64,000 nt of DNA, taken from Octopus sinensis (Eukaryota). Of the stretch, positions 13,053-24,611 are shown piece after piece; position 1 is the stretch's first letter, and each line of letters opens with the position of its first letter. The stretch covers positions 50,282,001 to 50,346,000 of the forward strand of contig NC_043002.1 of NCBI RefSeq assembly GCF_006345805.1. The letters run 5' to 3'. A model generated the notes under the pieces. That model did no database searches, was not told the DNA's origin, and worked only from the letters and a program-made list of their open reading frames with translations. The translations under genes and the position numbers were made by a program.

Positions 13053-16000
13053 ATGATGGCCAACGCAGAGCAAGATATGCACATGTGCCTGAGCTGTCAT
13101 CAGACCATAGTTGGTTTGATGAACTATGTTCAGCACAAGCAGGCTGGCTGCCAATCAACAAAGAGTATTGCTCAGCAGGCTTTGAACAGTCTTGGTAAGA
13201 TCCCACCCTCTGCATCTGCCCAAGATATGTTTGAAACTGATTGCAGCGATGCCAGCACTTCTACCGTCGCTTCAGAGGAGCATTGCGTGCTGGAACCAAG
13301 GTTGGAGACCATTAGTCTGAGCAGTGACATTGTTGACAAGGCTACACTAGAGAATTCTGCGCAATTGAAGACAGTCAACTTTACAGTCAGTGAGGAATCT
13401 CACCCCATTGAACTCCTACAAGAACCTGTAATTGTTACAACCGATACCATTACTGAAGTCAGTGATGTTGTCAAAGATGTATCTGAAGCAGTCACTGCTG
13501 CAGTAGTCACCACAGATGAACCAGTAGTTGAAAAAGACAACCAGCTACCACAAGCTTCGCCTTCATCCCCAGTTAAGAGTGGGGAGAATTTCTTTCACTC
13601 TCTAGAACTTCAATGCAAGAAGGAAGACAGTGAACGCCATTGTTTGCCTGCAAAACAAAACCGAGCTGTGAACACGACGCTGGATAAAGGTTCAGCCGAT
13701 AGTCACAGTGATTTACCCATCTCGAATATTTTTAGCAGTCTTGATTTTTCCAGTGATGAAGAGCTGGATTTCTCCTATACAGAATTGTCAAGTGATTCCA
13801 ATGATTATTCTTCTGATGAAGATAATGTACCTCCAAGAACTCACACAGGTGGTAAATGGAAACCTGGTGAAGGTCCATTGTCTTCTAAAAATTTTCCACA
13901 TCCCAGTTATACTCGTGGCAAGTGGAAACCTGGAGAAACACCTCATGAGTTGCAGCTAAATAAAAACAACACCAATATTTCTGCTGATGACAGTTCTATA
14001 TTGGAAGATGTAACTGGTGTTGAAGAAAGCTCTACTAATGTTGTTACCAGTAAAGAGCCAGATTCAAGTAATCTCAAAGAAAATTACTGCTCTGCATGTG
14101 ATAGCTTCTGTTGTGAACATGTAGAAAAATCTGCCGATTCCCCTAAAGACACTGCTGGAACGTCTAAAGACTCTAGTGAAGTTGTCACCGTTGAAGAACA
14201 ATCTACAAAGAAACAGAAGAAGAGCAAAAAGGACAATGGCAAAAGTTCTGTGCATCATTGCCAGATATGTGATAAGTCTTTCTTCAGTAAGTATGTCATT
14301 GGTAGGCATATACTGACTCGATATCATCAAAACCGAGCTAAAAATCACCCAGATGGCTTCCATGTTCTAGAGAAATATTACCGTTTCGTGATCCGGCTCA
14401 GTCCATTTCAGTGTGGAGTCTGCCAGTTTTATTTCAATCGAGAGAATGATCTGATGGACCATATGAATACTAGCGAACATTCAAAGAACTGTCTTGCTCT
14501 GGTGGGTCCTATGTTTTGTACCGTTTGCAGCCTTAAGCTGTCTTCCAATGCTGAGATGTTAAATCATTTAACGGAAGACCTCCAACATAAGGAGGCACTG
14601 GAACGACAAAAGCAGTTGTGCATCATTAAAGAGTGCCGCTACCAGATTCAGTGCCCTTTCTGCGATATAATGATGCACTCGTCAGTTCGTCTCCGCCGTC
14701 ACATAAGACACAAACATAAGAGTGGCAAAAAGGTGAAGGCTTCACCGAGGCGCAAGGGCCGACACAAACCTGAGTGCCCTCATTGTAACATTCAGTGCCA
14801 CTCAATGTCATCGTTGGAAATCCACATACGAAGGCGTCACACCAAAGAGAAACCCTTTTCCTGTAACCCTTGCAATAAAAATTTTTCCGACAGCTACTCG
14901 TTGAAGCTGCATTTGAAGACAGACAGGCATAATAAGAAGCTGACCAGTGAGCGGGTGAGTACACCTCGGCGGAAGAAGAAGACTTTCAATCCTGATTTAA
15001 TACCAACTGATGAAGTGGTTATGGAAGGAGATGAAGATGAATCCATTCCGGGAGAAGAAGAAGTGGCCAATAATGATAAAGATGATCTGTACGTGAATGG
15101 AAACAAAGAACCTGAGAAAACTCTCAAAGTCAGTGGTCCTCGGAAGTACTCGGCAGCACGGAAGAGCAAAGCCAAAGACAAAATCTATAAGTGTGACCAT
15201 TGTGATTTCACAGCTCCCACTTACGGTGATCTTCGGCCACACTATCTCGACGTACATTCAGGTCATGTTTTTATGTGCAACGTCTGCGATCTAGTGTTCC
15301 TGTCTGAGAAAGCATTACGGGTGCACTATGCTGGTAAAATGCATCAGATGAACTTGGTAAAAGGCAATGAAACCAACTTGTATACATGTGAAGAGTGTGG
15401 TAAGAAGTTTGATGATGAGCGCTGGTGCCAGTTCCACGTCGAGGCGCATCATAATCACATGAGCAATGAAGAAGCTGTAAGGGCTAAGTTTCGGGGCCAA
15501 GACATCACTACCAGCCAGTTTCGAGCCTACTTGGATGAAGTTGCTAAGCAACCACGTGATAGTTCTGTACAGTGTCCGGAATGTTCTAAGAAGCTGAAAA
15601 AGGAACACGTGATGGAACATCTCCGCATGCATACGGGAGAAAAGCCGTTTGTCTGCAGGTTCTGCCAGAATGGTTTCATCTCTAGTCTGTCTCTGCGCCG
15701 CCACATTCTACGTCATCTGGGTTTAACGGAACGCAAATGTCAGATATGCGGCAAAGAATTTCAAAAAGTTTTCTCTTTTAATGTACACATGAAACAACAC
15801 GAGAACAACGATGTGGGCAAGTTTACCCACATGTGCGATGTTTGCGGTCAAGCTTTCCCACTGAAAATGCAGCTGGTTGCCCACATGCGACGCCATGGGC
15901 AGCGCATTCATAAATGCCCCTTCCCCAATTGCCGATGGGACTTTGTTTTCAAAAGCGAACTAAATAGCCACGTTCGAACACATACTGGTGAAAAACCATT

Positions 16001-16991
16001 TTTGTGTGACATCTGTGGCTATTCTGGCGCTACAAAGACTCGGCTAGCTCGTCATTCTAGAATTCACACTGGAGAGAGGACATACCATTGTGATTATTGC
16101 ACGTACAAAGCCGGTAACAGTACTCACTTGCGGCGCCACATGCGTATACACATTGGTTCCAAACCTTATAAGTGTCCATATTGTTCTTACTCCTGTAATA
16201 CTCATGAAAATATTCGTAAACACATAACAAAAACCAAACGGCACATGGGTCTGTTCATTTACCCATGCAAGTTTTGCCCATTTGGCACAAACAGTACAAA
16301 AGATTTCCGTAACCACTTGTTAGAGGTTCATCAGGACCAGTGTGACCACAAAAGCCTCGAAGTTCTCTCAGTTTTTACAGGCCTTTATAATAAAGAGATT
16401 GACCCCAGAAAACCCCCCGAAGGTAGTCAGATTTTCCCAATCAAAGAGCGTAAGCAACGTGCACCAAGGAACTCCCTTCCACCTAACCAGATGGATTTGT
16501 TGACTGAAGAACAAGAAGAACAACAGCTCGAGCAAATTCCTTATAAAGAGGTTGAAAGCAGTCCGTTGGATGCGCAAGAGGTGACCGTCACGCCTGAGGC
16601 CCACTCTCTGATTGCTTCTGAGATGATTGCTGTTGCAATGACCGAAGCTGCAGTACCAACTCATATTGCAACGACGCAGCAAATCACCACGCAGCACACA
16701 GGTACTGTTGACACGCAGCTGCTGCAAGTTGCCGAATCGAACATGCACACCTTGCAAAACAGCCAGTTCCGCGGCGACATACTACAGCATCCGCAGTTCC
16801 GCACTGACACCATCACTGCCGGTCACTTCCGTGCAGACGGACAAGTCATAGCACAAGCTCAAACGGTTGACCCGAACACTGCCTCCAATGTCCTCTCTCT
16901 CGCTGAAGCCCACTCTATGACCTCGTCCTTAGATTTAGGTTATTGTACTACTATAGAATATATTTGCCTACCATCAGCAAACGGTACATAA
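13053..16991 (+). CDS. ZNF407: ZNF407-like multi-zinc-finger protein (~1,312 aa; about 18 C2H2 fingers incl. several long-spaced U1/matrin-like fingers, plus an N-terminal C2HC motif)
   Basis: Uninterrupted ORF; HTGEKP linkers; terminal array HTGEKPFLCDICGY...KPYKCPYCSYSCNTHENIRKHITKTKRH...YPCKFCPFGTNSTKDFRNHL matches the recalled ZNF407 C-terminal fingers (CPWCDYRSNCAENIRKHILHTGKH...CDYGTNVPVEFRNHL). Coding call is very secure; orthology is from memory. The track's TTG start at 13023 lies in the intron. Confidence 0.8.
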   Translation: MMANAEQDMHMCLSCHQTIVGLMNYVQHKQAGCQSTKSIAQQALNSLGKIPPSASAQDMFETDCSDASTSTVASEEHCVLEPRLETISLSSDIVDKATLENSAQLKTVNFTVSEESHPIELLQEPVIVTTDTITEVSDVVKDVSEAVTAAVVTTDEPVVEKDNQLPQASPSSPVKSGENFFHSLELQCKKEDSERHCLPAKQNRAVNTTLDKGSADSHSDLPISNIFSSLDFSSDEELDFSYTELSSDSNDYSSDEDNVPPRTHTGGKWKPGEGPLSSKNFPHPSYTRGKWKPGETPHELQLNKNNTNISADDSSILEDVTGVEESSTNVVTSKEPDSSNLKENYCSACDSFCCEHVEKSADSPKDTAGTSKDSSEVVTVEEQSTKKQKKSKKDNGKSSVHHCQICDKSFFSKYVIGRHILTRYHQNRAKNHPDGFHVLEKYYRFVIRLSPFQCGVCQFYFNRENDLMDHMNTSEHSKNCLALVGPMFCTVCSLKLSSNAEMLNHLTEDLQHKEALERQKQLCIIKECRYQIQCPFCDIMMHSSVRLRRHIRHKHKSGKKVKASPRRKGRHKPECPHCNIQCHSMSSLEIHIRRRHTKEKPFSCNPCNKNFSDSYSLKLHLKTDRHNKKLTSERVSTPRRKKKTFNPDLIPTDEVVMEGDEDESIPGEEEVANNDKDDLYVNGNKEPEKTLKVSGPRKYSAARKSKAKDKIYKCDHCDFTAPTYGDLRPHYLDVHSGHVFMCNVCDLVFLSEKALRVHYAGKMHQMNLVKGNETNLYTCEECGKKFDDERWCQFHVEAHHNHMSNEEAVRAKFRGQDITTSQFRAYLDEVAKQPRDSSVQCPECSKKLKKEHVMEHLRMHTGEKPFVCRFCQNGFISSLSLRRHILRHLGLTERKCQICGKEFQKVFSFNVHMKQHENNDVGKFTHMCDVCGQAFPLKMQLVAHMRRHGQRIHKCPFPNCRWDFVFKSELNSHVRTHTGEKPFLCDICGYSGATKTRLARHSRIHTGERTYHCDYCTYKAGNSTHLRRHMRIHIGSKPYKCPYCSYSCNTHENIRKHITKTKRHMGLFIYPCKFCPFGTNSTKDFRNHLLEVHQDQCDHKSLEVLSVFTGLYNKEIDPRKPPEGSQIFPIKERKQRAPRNSLPPNQMDLLTEEQEEQQLEQIPYKEVESSPLDAQEVTVTPEAHSLIASEMIAVAMTEAAVPTHIATTQQITTQHTGTVDTQLLQVAESNMHTLQNSQFRGDILQHPQFRTDTITAGHFRADGQVIAQAQTVDPNTASNVLSLAEAHSMTSSLDLGYCTTIEYICLPSANGT

Positions 16992-17269
16992 CTACGGCCT
17001 AAATGGTGACTTAGAATTTAAAATGAACAGACAGCCTTAAACCAGCAGAATTTACTCAGTGATATTTTTTGATTTTTATTTATTTTTTTTCAAATTATTT
17101 TTTTTTTTTGCAATATATCTCCAGGAAAAAAAAAAAAACTTCTCTTAAAAAATGAAATTGAAAGAAACTGTCTTTCTACAGATGTTAGTATGTTATTGTT
17201 GTTGTTGTTTTTTACACCTCACTATATAACACCTCCTGTGTTGTTAACTACTGTTTCTTCTTCCCCCCC

Positions 17270-17760
17270 CATTCTAAACATACAATCTCTTTCTCTCTCT
17301 CTTCCCTCTTACTTCCCCACATTCTCACTCTCTCCCCGCCTCCTCTTCTCCTCGCTTTCCTGTTTTTCTCTCTCCTCTTTTCTCACCCTCTCCCTTCCTC
17401 TCTCTCTCCCCTCTTCCCGCTATCCCATTTTTCTCTCTCTTCTCTTCTCACTTGCCCCCTTTTCTCTTTCCCTCTTTACCATTTTCTCCTCTTTTACATT
17501 CTCTCCTTTCTCTCCCTCCTTTTTACCACTCTCTCCTTCCACACTCATCCTGCTTTCCTCTCTCTCTCTCTATCTTCATTCCCCTCCTTCCCCTTTCTCA
17601 GTCTCTCCTCATTCTCATCACTCTATCATTCTCCTCCTTCCCTCCCTCTTCATTCTCCTTCTCCACTCTTCATTCTCCTCACTCTCTTTCCTCATATTCC
17701 CTCTTTCCCTTCTCTCCTCATTCTCCTTCTTCACTTTCCCCCTACACTTCCTCAAGCTTT
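17270..17760. repeat. Polypyrimidine (CT-rich) low-complexity tract
   Basis: ~490 bp nearly all C/T on the + strand, just downstream of the zinc-finger stop. Confidence 0.9.
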
Positions 17761-19291
17761 TTAGATTCAGTTTGAATCCTCAGCCCAACCCTACCAACAA
17801 GGTCAGTCAGGGAACTTAACCAATCCGCACAACAGCTAACAGCTGAAAGTCTCCCTTGAAGAAAAATTGACTTTTACCTAGGATGGAGTGAACTAAGTGT
17901 CTGGGAACCCTAATTTCCTCTTGTAGCCCCTAGACTGTGGGCAATCACTTCTAGAAAGCTAACTGGACATTTGACCCTTCAGCATTTAAACAACTCTTAT
18001 TCAACCTAAATATTCCACATATTTTGTGTTCAAACTGGCCAGATCCAACCTCTTAGACATACACTGCAATGTCACTTCATAAACAGTCTGCAACATCAAA
18101 ATCTCAAAGCTACAAGATATGCATGATTAATTCAATACAGTGTGAATTGATAAGCTTACATTTAACAGAGTAATCTGAATGGAATTTTGGAAGGTGAAAG
18201 TCTTACTCAAGCATGACACACATCTGTGTTTGTTTAACTGTTTTGAGACATCATATTCATCACTGGATGTTTGATTATCACTGTGTAACATAATTTTTTT
18301 CTCCTTGGTTAGCAACTGTTGTTATCTATTTGCTTACCACCTAGAAAGTATGGAAAAATGGCTAATATTTCCTTCAAGTTTTGCTTATGTTACATTTATC
18401 GAAACCCCAAAGAATCCCTCTCTGCATAAGGTTATGATGCTCCCTGACTACTCGTGTTCATGATCAGAGATGTACATATTGTCAACACTTAAAGGACATG
18501 CTAAAGTGGTTAGGGTCAAGCAAATCTGTGGTATTGAGCAGAATGTTTGCTATAAGGATATTTCTGTTTCAGCAATTCAGCGCTGAATCTGTCTGAAGTG
18601 TAATGGAAAATAGGTCAATTTGAAAACATTGATGTCCACGTCACAGAAGCAAAGATTGAAGGGAATAGTAGTCATTTCTTGTGATTTCTGTATAGAAGCA
18701 TATAGGAAACAACACTTACTGAACCAAAAGAAAAACAAAAAAATTACATTGTGTGTTATTAGCTACTTGAAGTAACTTGAAATATATGGATGACTTAAAT
18801 TGACAATAGGTGTAACAAATTTAGGATTGGACTGGCCAGAGAATATAACACATGTGGATGAAACATCTATTTGATCACAACAATGACAAAAAAAAAACCT
18901 GACCCCTTCCTCATCTGGCCCAAAAGACAACAATTTCTGAAGCTACTGTTTTGTTGTGTATAGCTGTTGGTGTGGATTTCATGTAACCGAGAAGATGGAT
19001 ATGTCCCTCGTCTCGTCAGACTTTTTTCCCCCCACAACCATCCGTGCCCACTGGAGATTAACCACAATCTGAATTTCACTGAGGAATTTCTACTCCCGTT
19101 GTTTTTTTTTTTTATTTATATTTTTTTCTAACTATTTTGTTTAATTATTTTACGGGTCTGAAAAAATATAAATTAAAAAAAACAATTTTAAAGGAAAAAA
19201 AAGTGAAAAGAACCCCTTCTCAAATAAAATTATCAGATAAAAAGTTACCTTCTTCTTTTAATTATTATTATTATTGTTATTATTAATAATA

Positions 19292-19505
19292 AGGTGGCAA
19301 GCTGGCGGAGTCGTTACTGTGTTGGAGTCGATGCTAAGTGGCATTTCTTCCGACCTTATGTTCTGAGTTCAAATGCCACCAGAGTTGACTTTGCCTTTCG
19401 TCCTTTTGGGGTCAATAAAATAAGTACTTGTTGAGTACTGGGGTCGATGTAATCGACTTATCTCCTCTCTCGAAGTTGCTGACCTTGTTCCAAAATTTGA
19501 AACCA
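19292..19505 (+). mobile_element. SINE family B
   Basis: aaggtggcaagctggc...ttctgagttcaaat...gactttgcctttcgtcctttt ggggtcaataaaataagtac; follows an (ATT)n tract. Confidence 0.82.
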
Positions 19506-19665
19506 TTATTACTTTTGTTGTTCTTGCTTAACATAATACCAAAGTGCCTGCTGTCCACAACTAGCTGACTCAGGTAACACTCTCCATTCAGATTTCAAGA
19601 ACTTTGCAAAGGATTCGTGCAGTTCCAAGCAACACTATTTTCTGTAGATGTTCAACCTTCACATT

Positions 19666-19969
19666 TACGAGGTGGTAACAAAATGTTCCCGGACTTGTTC
19701 TGTAGCGTGCTAACAGATGGCAGCACACGGTTGCGTGCACAGTGAGAACTAACAGTAACCTTCATGAGGCAGTGTGCTGATGGACATCGTTGTGTTTACT
19801 TTGCAAGTTGTGAAATTTGTATTTTTGTGGTCACGTGTATGTTGTCTGCGAGTTTTGTCATGGACAAGAAGTTGGAACGAAGAGCCAATGTGAAATTTTG
19901 CTGTTAACTTGGGAAGTCTATTACAGAGACATTAAGCATGCTTCAGCAAGCTTACGGCGATGAGGCAAT
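19666..19969 (+). mobile_element. mariner 5' fragment (TIR + transposase N-terminus)
   Basis: tacgaggtggtaacaaaatgttcccggac TIR; MDKKLERRANVKFCC*LGKSITETLSMLQQAYGDEA; same family as 30226. Confidence 0.8.
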
Positions 19970-19999
19970 CCTATAATTTCAATCCAATCTAATTTGTTT

Positions 20000-21330
20000 C
20001 ATACTTTCGGTTTCCAATGCTCCAACAGGTACAACTCACCTTCTTTAATAACCACTTCCTTTTATCTCCCACCTCAAATCATCATATCTGATCTGTTTCT
20101 CTCCTCTTTCTGATACTCTGTATTCACCAGGGCATGCAACACCTATGATTGAACAGGATTTTTTCCTCTTTATTCACAACCACTATATCCAGTTTTCTAG
20201 TTTTCAATTTCACGGTCACATTGGATTATTACATCCCACGCTATCTTTACCTTGTCATTCTCAATTACTCCTGAGTTTTCTCTATGCCATGTTTTTGCTC
20301 TCTCCAATCCACACTTGCCAAGTATCTCCCAATGAATCATTCTTGCAACATTATATCGTCTTTTGTATTCTTTTGGGGGCCAGTTTCATGCATTCATACA
20401 CAATATGCTATACAGTTTCACCTTTATCGTTACAAACCCTGCACAGAACAGACAAGCGCTTCTGTCTCTGGCTTTGTCATTCGTCCTTAGCCAGTGCCAC
20501 TTTCCATCTGCCTCTGTATTCTTGCTTACCTCTCTCACAAACTGCCCATTCATAATTTATTCCATTTTCTTTTCTTTCGTCTTCCTTGCTCTGTTTTTTT
20601 CTATGTACTTCTCTGCCTCCACACAAATATCTGCCCTGACTATAACAACAAAGATTTCAGAGCCCTCTTGATATACCACCACCTATTTTATTCTGAGCAT
20701 AAAATTTTTTACAACGGATTAGCCATCGCCTACCGTTGTACCCAGTTAGTCACAGCCTGTATATTGCACTTGGGGGGTACAGTGCTCCGTGCAGTGTGAA
20801 TACTTTTCTAGATTTTCGGTCCAGCCTCTCTAACTCCTCTTTCCTCCAGTTGTTAATATCGGTACCATACCCCCAATAATGCAATTGCCCATGTACGGAT
20901 TGTTTGAAACTTATTTCTTCCATTCAATTTTGACCACTGCACTATATCTTCCGAGGTACTCTTGCGGAAAACTTTTCTTCATTTCTGCTTCTGTCATTTC
21001 ATTCACCTCCTTTCCTAGTGTTACCAATCCTTTGTATGCCTTCCACTTTCGTCATGAAAATTACTCCACATTTTTTGCAGTAACGAATTCCATTCTGACG
21101 TCCTTGCTAAAGCAATGAATTGTGTTCACTAAAGAACTGATTTGAGCTTCGTCCTCGCCATGCAGCTTGAAGTCATCTATAAATAATAGATGGTCGATCT
21201 TTTGCTGCTTTCCTATCCGGATGTTACGTTTCTTAGTAGCAATGTTAACGGAATCATGCATAAAACAAGTAGTAAAGGAGATATGCTGCTTCCTTGGAAA
21301 ATCCCTCTCTTCATTCTTAACGTTCTTAAG
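20000..21330 (-). mobile_element. Decayed R4/Dong-type non-LTR retrotransposon, RT and downstream region
   Basis: LLFIDDFKLHGEDEAQISSLVNTIHCFSKDVRMEF; ...TIRTWAIALLGYG...WRKEELERLDRKSRKVFTLHGA with stops and frameshifts. Confidence 0.75.
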
Positions 21331-21509
21331 TTCTGTCCGTAAGTTGTAAGCCCAATCTTCCAATTTGCATGCTTTTTCTCAAAAGATTTTTGACATTTTT
21401 TGCAACCGCAAACATTCAGTGATCCATGAATATGGTATCATGTCATCATCGTCGTCATCATTATCATCATCGTCGTCATCATCATCATCGTCATCATCAT
21501 CATTGAAGA

Positions 21510-21950
21510 ATGCGAGTTGGCAAAATCGTTAGCACGCCGAACGAAATGCTTAGCGGTATTTCGTCTGTCGCTACGTTCTGAGTTCAAATTCCGCCGAGGT
21601 CGACTTTGCTGTTCATCCTTTCGGGGTCGATAAATTAAGTACCAGGCAAGTACTGGGGTCGATGTGATCGATTGTCCCTCTCCCTACAAAAATTCAGGCC
21701 TTGTGCCTATAGTAGAAAGGATTATTGTTATTAAGGTGGCAAGCTGGCAGAATCGTTAGCACGCCGGACAAAATGCTTAGGAGCATTTTGTCCGTCTTTA
21801 CGTTCTGAGTTCAAATTCCGCTGAGGTCGACTTTACCTTTCATTCTTTCGGGGTCGATAAAATAAGTACCAGTGGAACAGTGGGGTCGATGTAATCGACT
21901 ATCCCCTCCTACCAAATTTCAGGCCTTGTGCCTTTAGTAGAAAGGATTAT
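21510..21950 (+). mobile_element. Two head-to-tail SINE family B copies
   Basis: Two gctggca..aatcgttagcacgccg..ttctgagttcaaattccgc units, each ending in gtagaaaggattatt. Confidence 0.88.
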
Positions 21951-22129
21951 TATTATTATCTTCTTTCAATTTTGCTTCCATTTCTTGCCAAGTGTATTCC
22001 TGACACATAGGGCGAAGAATACTCACTGTAAACATTGGTAGGCTATTAAAACACACCAGATTGTTCATTTACAAAGTCACTTGATAGAAAAAAGTGGAAG
22101 GAAGAAAGAAGAAAAATTGTCTTTTAAAT

Positions 22130-22870
22130 TAGGAAAACTGAAAAAAAAAGGGAAAAAAGGAAGGAAAATTCATAGCGACAGTACTCAATACATGTGATGT
22201 ACCAGTTAAAACAATCTTTTGCCCTTGCATGGATAGTAAACCAGAGATCAGTCTCAAATAATTTTCAGTTCCTTTTTTGATAATTCCAAATGCTCCTACA
22301 ATCACTGGTATGGTAACCGTTTTGAGATACCACATTTTTTTCGATTCCAATCAGCAAATCTTTATATTTTCTGAGTCTATCAAATTCTTTCGCCAAGATA
22401 TGATCACAAGGCATGCTCATGTCAATCAATAAACAGACTTTATTATTTTGGTCTTTTACAACAATAACTTGTTTATTAGCTTTGTTGGTCCGTTCTGTAT
22501 GTACTGGAAAGTCCCAAAGAATCGTTATATTTTCTCCCTGAGTTACAGCCTCAGCGTAGTGCTTGTACCATTTGTCAGCAGTTTGCTTTCATAATGCCGA
22601 CATATTAACCAGTGTAGATATTGGTCAACTCTGTCATGTCTTGATTTATACTTTATAGGTGCTAGAACTTTATACACAGAGATTAGGTGATCGACTGTTT
22701 CAATCTCATCGTTGCAGTATCGGTACTTTGGGTCTGCTCCATTTTACATCACACTGGCTTGATAGTTACGGGTCAATAAGCTCTAATATTGAGATGTTGC
22801 TGCTATTAGTATTATGGAGGAATTACAACCGTGTTTCGTGATCTGCTACCACAACAGCTCCTTTAGGATC
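22130..22870 (-). mobile_element. R4/Dong-type LINE 3' fragment (decayed CCHC region + RLE endonuclease)
   Basis: ETVDHLISV..LAP.KYKSRHDRV, LLIDMSMPCD, MWYLKTVTIPVIVGAFGIIKKG...QKIVLTGTSHVL; smaller related piece at ~23330-23670. Confidence 0.78.
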
Positions 22871-23704
22871 CAGTTAGCTCAAGACATCATCAGGAGGAAC
22901 CACGTCCGGTTTCGGCCTCTACCGATGTATCGTCAGCGAGTGCCAGCCGGTGACTGACTGACTTGTCAAATCATTCCCTTTAAATACCTGCCGCTAGGCT
23001 CCAGCAGGCAGCCCCAGCAAGTTGTCACGTGACACTGTCTCACCTTAACTGACTAGTGAAGGCGCGTAGTCTTAGCCCGCGTATTCTCTAACCGACCGTC
23101 ACCTGTCAGTCAGCGAAGGTGATTCAGTGTCAGCTTGTCTTGCCTAGTGATGTTATTTCCCGCCGACATGTTATGACTTTCAAGCCATTTTTGGTCTTCC
23201 CGCTTCAGCCATATATAGAAGCTGGCTTTTTCGACCACCTCTTTATTATTATTATTTTCCTTCTTTCTTCAAATTGTCTTCCATTTCTCGCCGTGTGTTT
23301 CCCGTACACCTAGGACAGGGAAGCTCATTGTATGCATTCCCAGATTACACACGCAAATTCACAGGTAAAATATGTATTTAAAAAAATTAATAAATAAATG
23401 AATTCATGAATGGATGCTATTTTCACAGCGATAATGCTTTTCTCAGTAAATGAGCCGTTCCAGTTAACACGATTTTTTGCACTTCCTGTAGTGGTGGGTA
23501 AGCCTGTTATCATTTTCAAATAGGTTTCAGTACCTTTTTTTTTTTTATTCCTAGAGATCCTACAATCACTGGTACGGTAGTCGTCTCGAGATGCCACATT
23601 TTTTCAATTTCTATTAGCAAGTCTTTATATTTACTGATCTTGTCAAATTCTTTCGCTGCTATATTGTGATCGCAAGGAATTATTATTATTGTTATTATTA
23701 TTAT

Positions 23705-23908
23705 AAAGGCAGTGAGCTGGCAGAATCGTTAGCACGCTGGTCCAAAAGCTTAGCAGTATTTCGCCCATCGCTATGATCTGAGTTTAAATTCCACCGAGGC
23801 TGAGTTTGCCTTTATCCTCTCGGTCTCGATAAATTAAGTACTAGTGAAACACTAGAGCCGATGTAATCGACTTACCCACCTCCTCCAAAATTTCAGGCCG
23901 TAGAAAGG

Positions 23909-23940
<32 letters not shown>

Positions 23941-24590
23941 GATTAAGGCAGCTGGCTAGCAGAAACGTAAGTGCGTCAAACAAAAATGCTTACTGGTATT
24001 TCTTCCGGCTCTTTACGTTCTGAGTTCGAATGGCTTGCGAGGTTTATTTTGCCTTTAATCCGTTCAGGGTCGACAAAACAAGTACCAGTTGAGCACGCGT
24101 ATATGCAATCAACTCTCCACTCCATCAAAATTACTCGCCTTGTACTAAAATTTGAAAGAATTATTATTAGGGTGAAAGCAGGCAGAATTGTTAGCACGCC
24201 GGACAAAAGGCTTAGCAACATTTGTTCCGGCTCTTTACATTCTGAGTTGAAATTCCTCTGAGATCTGCTTTGTATGTCATCTTTTCGGGGACGATTAAAT
24301 ATGCCAGTTGAACACTGAAGATAATAAAGTCGATTTTTCCTTTACCTCAAAATTGCTGGCCTTGTACTAAAATTTGAATTGATTATTATTGTTCTAAGTC
24401 AATTCCTATGATCGTAGAAATGCTTTCCTGTATTTGTTCCAGGTCTTTACGTTCAAATTCAACCGCAGTCAGCTTTGCTTTTAAACTGTTAAGGATCGTT
24501 AAAATAATGTGCCAGCCAAGTGCTGAGGTCAATGCTTTCAACTTATCCTCTGCCCTCGAAATCGCTGGCTTGTGCTTAAATCATAAATCG
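23705..24590 (+). mobile_element. Array of about four head-to-tail SINE family B copies
   Basis: Units starting near 23705, 23945, 24170 and 24410 separated by (ATT)n tails; copies are diverged from each other. Confidence 0.82.
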
Positions 24591-24611
24591 TCCTCGTTAT
24601 TATTATTATTA

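Noticed and set aside
13172-16851. Antisense and alternate-frame ORFs within the zinc-finger CDS
   Set aside because: Expected shadows of a long coding exon; no recognisable motifs.
20000-22870. One continuous Dong element spanning both fragments
   Set aside because: On the minus strand the RLE piece precedes the RT piece, the wrong order for one element; treated as separate copies.
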